Assembly: GCA_900772705.1 (NCBI GenBank)
Contig: CAAGRQ010000132.1
Span: 1-52,735 of the forward strand
Origin: Clostridia bacterium
Lineage (GTDB): Bacteria > Bacillota > Clostridia > Oscillospirales > Acutalibacteraceae
Direction of reading: 5' to 3'
DNA length: 52,735 nt
The notes under the pieces were generated by a model that worked only from the letters and a program-made list of their open reading frames with translations, searched no databases and was not told the DNA's origin. Both the position numbers and the translations under genes were made by a program. Of this stretch, positions 47,387 through 52,735 are shown piece after piece (the first letter of the stretch is position 1; each line of letters starts with the position of its first letter).

Positions 47387-50076
47387 AACTCCCTAATGTT
47401 TTCCACAATACTGTTTTTCATTTCCTTGCTGATCTTTGAAAACAGATTAATAAAACAAAATACGAACAGCACCGCAACCATAATTGCCGATGCCCACGGA
47501 CTAAACACAAGATTTAATCCCATGTCCGGCAAATATCTGCACAAAATTTTAATTACAATAAATCCTATGATGTAAAGACCGAAGCCGACTCCCGCTCCCC
47601 AAGTAAACATAGACAGCATTCTTAAGCAGTATGATTTAACCAGTTCGCTCCTGCTTGCACCGACAGCACGCAGAGTTCCTATAACTCTCTTATTCTCCCT
47701 TATCTGGGCGGTAATCGAATTATTTATTATGCTTACACATACGGCAAAGCCTGTAATCAGCACAACAAGCATCGCCGTAACCATTGAGCGGTAGTTCTTT
47801 TCAATCGTTTGGTTATCCTCGTATGCCGAGGTTACAAAGCCGTCATACTTCAGTTTATATTCGTCGAGAAACTCTGTAAACTCCGCATCGGTTTTGTCGT
47901 TCGGCTCATCATAGAGGCTAATATATAAGTTTTCATATCCTGCCTCTTTATTAAAATTCAGTATACCGTCATTGCTTGTAATTATATGCGGAGAATGAGT
48001 CGAAATAATGTTACCTATAATATTGCTGTCATTTGAACACGAAACCAGAGCGCCTATCCTAACCTTCTTAAACGCCTTGTCCGCTGATGAATACACCTCG
48101 ATTTCATCGCCTGCCTTGTACGGACTGTTTTCGGTCATAACGGTTTTATATAGGTTTTTGGACTTTCCCACATCATCGTCATAATTATAATATGTGCCCA
48201 TTCCGTTATGATAAAGGCGCACCATAAGTTCCGCCTTTTTCGGCATAACGAGTATAACCTCCTCACCCGAGCGGAGTTTGTTATAATCTATTTTTCCGTC
48301 GTAAACCTTGTCTTCTAACTTTGAGAGGGTGTCTCGGTCATACGAATTAATCGTCATACTCCACATATCGTCCGTAATTCCCGGTCCCTCAAACTCGTCG
48401 GGAGCGTACGGTTCTCCCTTATTATTTTGAATACGGTTCTTATACTCTGCCACAGTGGTAGGAAACGAATAATCCTCGTTATCGCTGTCGTAATTGTAAA
48501 GGAACCGGTCGGGATTCATAACACGCATAAACATACTCGAATAGTCCGCCTTAATAGCAGAGCTTATGCTCTTTTCACCGACTACGGTCTCCACGAGCGG
48601 ATTTGAGACAATATTCTGCTTATCTGCATCGCTGAGACTATTATCCGAATTTCCGCACCAAAATGCGTAATCATACGGTATGACCGTTTTATTATCATTT
48701 TCATACGAAAGATAAGAAAATCCGAACGCCGACAGCATAACCGACAGCGAAAGAATTACGCCCACCGCAATTTTGCTTCCCTTATAAAACTGACCGTTTC
48801 GCCTTGCAAGATGAGCGGCAGGTTTATATTGCATCTTTGAATGAATCTTTTTTACCTTAGCCTTTCGCTGAATCCTGACATCCCTGATAGCCTGCATGGG
48901 CGAAATGTGCGATGCAAAAATCAACGGCACAAGTGCCGCAAGCATAACGACCGTCATATTTATAACCGCTGCAATCGGAAGCGTCCAAATGCTCTTTGTC
49001 ATAACCGCATTGTCGCTCATTAAATTGATACCCAGATACACAAGCAAATACGAAATCAAAATACTTATCGGCGTAGAAATAAGTGCTATAATAAACGCCT
49101 CTCTGCCGAAAATGCGTATTATCTGCCGCCTTGTTGTGCCGACTGCCCTGAGCATACCTATCTGCTGTCTGCGTTCCTTGAGGTTATTGTTAAACGAATT
49201 GACTATTCCCACACAGGATGTAAACACGAGCAAAAGGGCAATGAAGATAATCAAATCACCGTTTGCAAATTGATAGTAATCCAAAACAGATGAAGAATCA
49301 AAATTCGTACTGCATATATCATACTCTAAATCTTCGCCGTAATTCTTTGCCAAATAATCGTTAAATGTATTATTTCTTTTTTGCGTTCCCTCAAGATAGG
49401 CAATTTGCTTTGCCTTGCCTCCCGACTCCAAAATCGTATTATCCGCCACAAAAATCGCCGGTATCGAAGTGTCATACTCGTCATAGGAAAAAAACGAATA
49501 TCCTATATTGCTCTTTTTATCCTTTAGAATACCGGTTACAACATACTCCTTATCAACGGTTTGAGCGTAACCCTGAGCATTTTGCACCATAAATTTCAGG
49601 CTGATTGTACTTCCGACGCTTGCATTGCGGTAATCGAGTTTTTTCAGTGCCTCGCTCTCTATGGCTATTTCGTTTTCCGCCTCGGGCAGTCTGCCCTCAA
49701 GCAGTCTTTGGTTTGATATTTTTCTGAACTTATCATTTGCTCTGCCGACTGCCGAACCGAGCCTTTTGAACTTATCGTTCTTATACGCATAACCCAAAAT
49801 ATCAACTATGGCATAATCGTCCACAGCGCCGCTGTCCTTTGCCTTTTCATAATCCTTATCGCCGAATGACGGTATGTCGATAACAGTGTCCTGATAGCCA
49901 TAGTTATCCACATATTCGGCGTGCGAAGTTTCCTTTGCCGCCGCCATAAAAAATACGATACTGCCGGAAAAAACCATAGCAAGAACTATACCGATAATCA
50001 TTATCAAATATTGCTTTTTTCTCTGCCTGATATTAGCCAAGGCGATGGTATTTACTGTAAGTTTAGTTTTCATCAT
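47383..50076 (-). CDS. FtsX-like ABC permease with duplicated TM domains
   Basis: ERRQQIGMLRAVG and ENKRVIGTLRAVG repeats; ISPMQAIR; SIVENIREL. Confidence 0.9.
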   Translation of the reverse strand: MMKTKLTVNTIALANIRQRKKQYLIMIIGIVLAMVFSGSIVFFMAAAKETSHAEYVDNYGYQDTVIDIPSFGDKDYEKAKDSGAVDDYAIVDILGYAYKNDKFKRLGSAVGRANDKFRKISNQRLLEGRLPEAENEIAIESEALKKLDYRNASVGSTISLKFMVQNAQGYAQTVDKEYVVTGILKDKKSNIGYSFFSYDEYDTSIPAIFVADNTILESGGKAKQIAYLEGTQKRNNTFNDYLAKNYGEDLEYDICSTNFDSSSVLDYYQFANGDLIIFIALLLVFTSCVGIVNSFNNNLKERRQQIGMLRAVGTTRRQIIRIFGREAFIIALISTPISILISYLLVYLGINLMSDNAVMTKSIWTLPIAAVINMTVVMLAALVPLIFASHISPMQAIRDVRIQRKAKVKKIHSKMQYKPAAHLARRNGQFYKGSKIAVGVILSLSVMLSAFGFSYLSYENDNKTVIPYDYAFWCGNSDNSLSDADKQNIVSNPLVETVVGEKSISSAIKADYSSMFMRVMNPDRFLYNYDSDNEDYSFPTTVAEYKNRIQNNKGEPYAPDEFEGPGITDDMWSMTINSYDRDTLSKLEDKVYDGKIDYNKLRSGEEVILVMPKKAELMVRLYHNGMGTYYNYDDDVGKSKNLYKTVMTENSPYKAGDEIEVYSSADKAFKKVRIGALVSCSNDSNIIGNIISTHSPHIITSNDGILNFNKEAGYENLYISLYDEPNDKTDAEFTEFLDEYKLKYDGFVTSAYEDNQTIEKNYRSMVTAMLVVLITGFAVCVSIINNSITAQIRENKRVIGTLRAVGASRSELVKSYCLRMLSMFTWGAGVGFGLYIIGFIVIKILCRYLPDMGLNLVFSPWASAIMVAVLFVFCFINLFSKISKEMKNSIVENIREL

Positions 50077-50759
50077 ACCACCTCTGACCTTGAATCTCTG
50101 ACGATTTTTCCGTCCTCAATGGTTAAAATCCTGTCTGCCTGCTCCGCCACATGAAGGTCGTGGGTAACGAGAATAAGCGTTACACCGAGTTCATTTGCCG
50201 CATATTTAAGCAAGGTGAGTACCTCTTCTCCGCTCTTTTTATCGAGATTTCCCGTCGGCTCGTCCGCAAAAAGAATTGACGGCTTATTTGCAAGCGCTCT
50301 TGCTATCGCAATTCTCTGTTGCTGTCCGCCCGAAAGTGCAGACGGAAGATGCTCAAGTCTGTCACCGATACCCAATATTTTTATTATTTTATCAAGATAT
50401 TTTTCATCCGCTTTTTTTGAATCAAGCATAATCGGAAGCAAAATATTTTCCATTCCCGTAAGTTCGTTTACAAGATTGTATGCCTGAAACACAAAGCCGA
50501 AGCGTCTCCTGCGAAGAATGGAAAGCTGATTGTCGCTGTAATCTCCGAGTTTGGCATCATTATACAGAACATATCCCGAAGTGGGATTTTCCAAAGAGGA
50601 GAGCATATGCAAAAGAGTGGACTTGCCCGAGCCGCTGGGACCCGTAATGGCACAAAATTCCCCCTGCTCAAAATCAACGCTGATATTATCAACAGCCTTA
50701 ATAACGCTGTCGCCGCTCATATATTCCTTTGTCAATTTGTTACACGAAATAATGTTCAT
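50073..50759 (-). CDS. LolD/MacB-family ABC ATPase
   Basis: GPSGSGKS, LSGGQQQR, FADEPTGNLD, VTHD; start at ATG 50759. Confidence 0.95.
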   Translation of the reverse strand: MNIISCNKLTKEYMSGDSVIKAVDNISVDFEQGEFCAITGPSGSGKSTLLHMLSSLENPTSGYVLYNDAKLGDYSDNQLSILRRRRFGFVFQAYNLVNELTGMENILLPIMLDSKKADEKYLDKIIKILGIGDRLEHLPSALSGGQQQRIAIARALANKPSILFADEPTGNLDKKSGEEVLTLLKYAANELGVTLILVTHDLHVAEQADRILTIEDGKIVRDSRSEVV

Positions 50760-50784
50760 ATAAATCGCCCTTCTTTCTGCTTTC

Positions 50785-50849
50785 AATATATCACATATGT
50801 CTTTCAACAATCTTACGCCCGTCTTAAAAAATCGTAAGATATTGCAAGA
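50785..50849 (-). promoter_or_regulatory. Activator-dependent promoter with putative response-regulator boxes
   Basis: Minus strand TCTTGC/TCTTAC/TTTAAG/CGTAAG at 10-11 bp spacing, then extended -10 TGATATATT with no canonical -35. Confidence 0.6.
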
Positions 50850-50880
50850 AATCAACCCCGTTTTATAACAAGGTTGATTC
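50849..50880 (-). terminator. Putative terminator after the histidine kinase
   Basis: AATCAACC...GGTTGATT inverted repeat. Confidence 0.5.
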
Positions 50881-50889
50881 CTTTTACTT

Positions 50890-51795
50890 TTATATAATTT
50901 CGTTGGCTTCTATATGCGGCAGGCATATGCTCAGTGCCAAGCCGTCGCCCTGATTTTCGGCAGATATTACTCCGTGGTGCCTTTCCACAACCGCCTTTGC
51001 TATGGCAAGACCTATGCCCGTGCTTTTCTCGCTCGACTCCTTAGATTTATAAAAACGAATGAATATATTTTTCAAATCTTCCTCATCCGCACCGCCGCCG
51101 TTGTCGGAAATTTTAATTATGGAAGTACGCCCGGTATCGCTTATTTCAACCGTTATGCGCCCGTCATCCGCAGTATGCTCGCACGCATTTTTTATCACAT
51201 TTGAAACAGCCTCGCCAAGCCAATTTATACTGCATCTCATTTTACTTTCCCCGATAACGGCAAAAATCTTGTCGGGATAAAGCGGCTTAAAATCGCTTAT
51301 TATTCCCTTTATGAGCGCAGACAGGTCGCAACATTTGTAATCCTCGCAGTAAATGTCGCCCGTCTTAATTTTTTCAAGACGCAAAAGCTGATACACAAGG
51401 CTCTCCATCTTTGATATAAGTTCAAGTTCTTTCGTATTGTGTGTGCTGGGGTTCATTTCGTTATCCATCTCACAATAAAGTTTTATCGCCGCAATCGGAG
51501 TTTTGAGCTGGTGCGATATATCGGAAATGAATTCCGTATTCTTTCTGCTCTCCGCCGCCAGTTTATTTTGCTCCAACTTAACCAATTCTTCCAAGTCCGA
51601 AACGGAATTTTGCAACTTTGCAAAATCATTATCGTAAAGGCTGAACGGAGTCATAGTGTCATTATTAAGAAAATCCTCGATCTGCTCCGTAAGATTTCTC
51701 ACGTCTTTTTTCAGCCTGCGCTCTCTTTCGATAAGCACAACACAAGCGATAATCAAAGCCGTAATCAACGTACCCGATACAATCGCCGCCGTCAT
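50890..51795 (-). CDS. Histidine kinase with a single N-terminal TM and no external sensor domain
   Basis: DISHQLKTP, NVIKNACEH, DNGGG, GIGLAI; ATGA overlap with the regulator stop. Confidence 0.92.
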   Translation of the reverse strand: MTAAIVSGTLITALIIACVVLIERERRLKKDVRNLTEQIEDFLNNDTMTPFSLYDNDFAKLQNSVSDLEELVKLEQNKLAAESRKNTEFISDISHQLKTPIAAIKLYCEMDNEMNPSTHNTKELELISKMESLVYQLLRLEKIKTGDIYCEDYKCCDLSALIKGIISDFKPLYPDKIFAVIGESKMRCSINWLGEAVSNVIKNACEHTADDGRITVEISDTGRTSIIKISDNGGGADEEDLKNIFIRFYKSKESSEKSTGIGLAIAKAVVERHHGVISAENQGDGLALSICLPHIEANEII

Positions 51796-52460
51796 CTTGC
51801 GTCCTCCCATCTGTAGCCTACGCCTCTTACCGTAACGATATGCTCAAAGCCGATTTTTTCTCTGAGGCGACTCATGTGCACGCTCAGCGTATTGTCATAA
51901 ATAAAGTTTCCGCTCTCGTCCCAAATGTTTTTAAGCAGTGTGTCACGGGTAACGATAACGCCGCTGTTGCGAATAAGACAGCATAAAATCTGAAACTCCG
52001 TTTTTGTAAGAAATACGGTTTCGTTATTCTTTTTAACAGTCATATTATTCATATCAATAACTATGCCGTCACTGCTGACAAGAGACAAATTGTTCCCCGA
52101 GCGCCTGATGAGCGCACGCACCCTCGACATCAGTTCCAATAACTTAAACGGTTTTGTAACATAATCGTCGGCACCCGAGTCGAGCCCTTTTACTATATTT
52201 ATTTCATCATCGCACGCAGTCAAAAACAGTATCGGTGAAGTAACGCCCGAGGCTCTAAGCGATGCACAAAGGTCAAGGCCGCTTCCGTCCGGCAGCATAA
52301 CATCAAGGATAATCAAATCAAAGACACCCGACGCAATAATTCCCCTTGCCTGCGAAATCGTTTCGGCTGCCGTAACGGCATAACCCTGACCGGAGAGCAT
52401 CTCGCTCAGTCCGTCACGCAAATATGCATCGTCCTCAAGCAAAAATATTTTTTCATTCAT
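51792..52460 (-). CDS. OmpR-family response regulator
   Basis: LLEDD, ILDVMLPDG, GADDYVTKPF, NTLSVHMSRLREK, TVRGVGY. Confidence 0.95.
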   Translation of the reverse strand: MNEKIFLLEDDAYLRDGLSEMLSGQGYAVTAAETISQARGIIASGVFDLIILDVMLPDGSGLDLCASLRASGVTSPILFLTACDDEINIVKGLDSGADDYVTKPFKLLELMSRVRALIRRSGNNLSLVSSDGIVIDMNNMTVKKNNETVFLTKTEFQILCCLIRNSGVIVTRDTLLKNIWDESGNFIYDNTLSVHMSRLREKIGFEHIVTVRGVGYRWEDAR

Positions 52461-52735
52461 AACGCCACCGCCTTACTTCTTTAACTGAATGATACCATAA
52501 ACCTGCCTGCCCTGGCAATGATTATTACTAAATCGTAAATTAAAAAGCCGGGCAAGGGGCACACTACATAAGGAATAAATGCTTAAAAGCCAAATAGACA
52601 GCGAAATACTGCGTTAAATTTGCAGTGAAGGCGACAAGCCTGCCCTGCAAATTATGCCTTGTCTTTCATCTGTTTCTTTGGTTTTTAAGTGCTAAGCAGT
52701 TTAAGCAAACTGATTTTGTTCAGTGTGCATTAACA

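Noticed and set aside
52505..52647. Direct repeat GCCTGCCCTG at 52505-52514 and 52638-52647
   Set aside because: Only two 10-nt copies at the window edge; no supportable function, and no convincing ORF in this stretch.

Overview
Chromosomal segment of a spore-forming gut clostridium (gene order and sequence style suggest Oscillospirales; this is inference). Most genes lie on the minus strand. From left to right: a tRNA-Val-like 3' fragment at the edge; a response regulator-histidine kinase-htrA operon; a DUF815 ATPase; a FadR regulator and ilvC sharing operator palindromes; an ~800 bp degraded phage head-module remnant; a MacAB-like pair without an ATPase; purE-purM-purN-purO-purD; a ~20 kb tightly packed run (trmH-family, dprA, topA, trmFO, plsX, rnc, radical SAM, smc, ftsY, rdgB, yhbY, nadD, yqeK, rsfS, leuS, arsR, LRR/dockerin protein); an orphan HPr-kinase-like gene; intact sigK; bioY with a BirA operator; an apparently leaderless acyltransferase; a degenerate sortase with a membrane protein; a two-subunit GH136 lacto-N-biosidase plus GH112 phosphorylase; an alanine/glycine symporter; and a two-component system with an ABC exporter. 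The most unusual element is the phage remnant: MuF/gp7, toxin and prp parts are broken, but an internal sigma-A promoter, an intact 49-aa acidic candidate immunity gene and a terminator survive. All calls come from motif recognition by eye, with no database searches.
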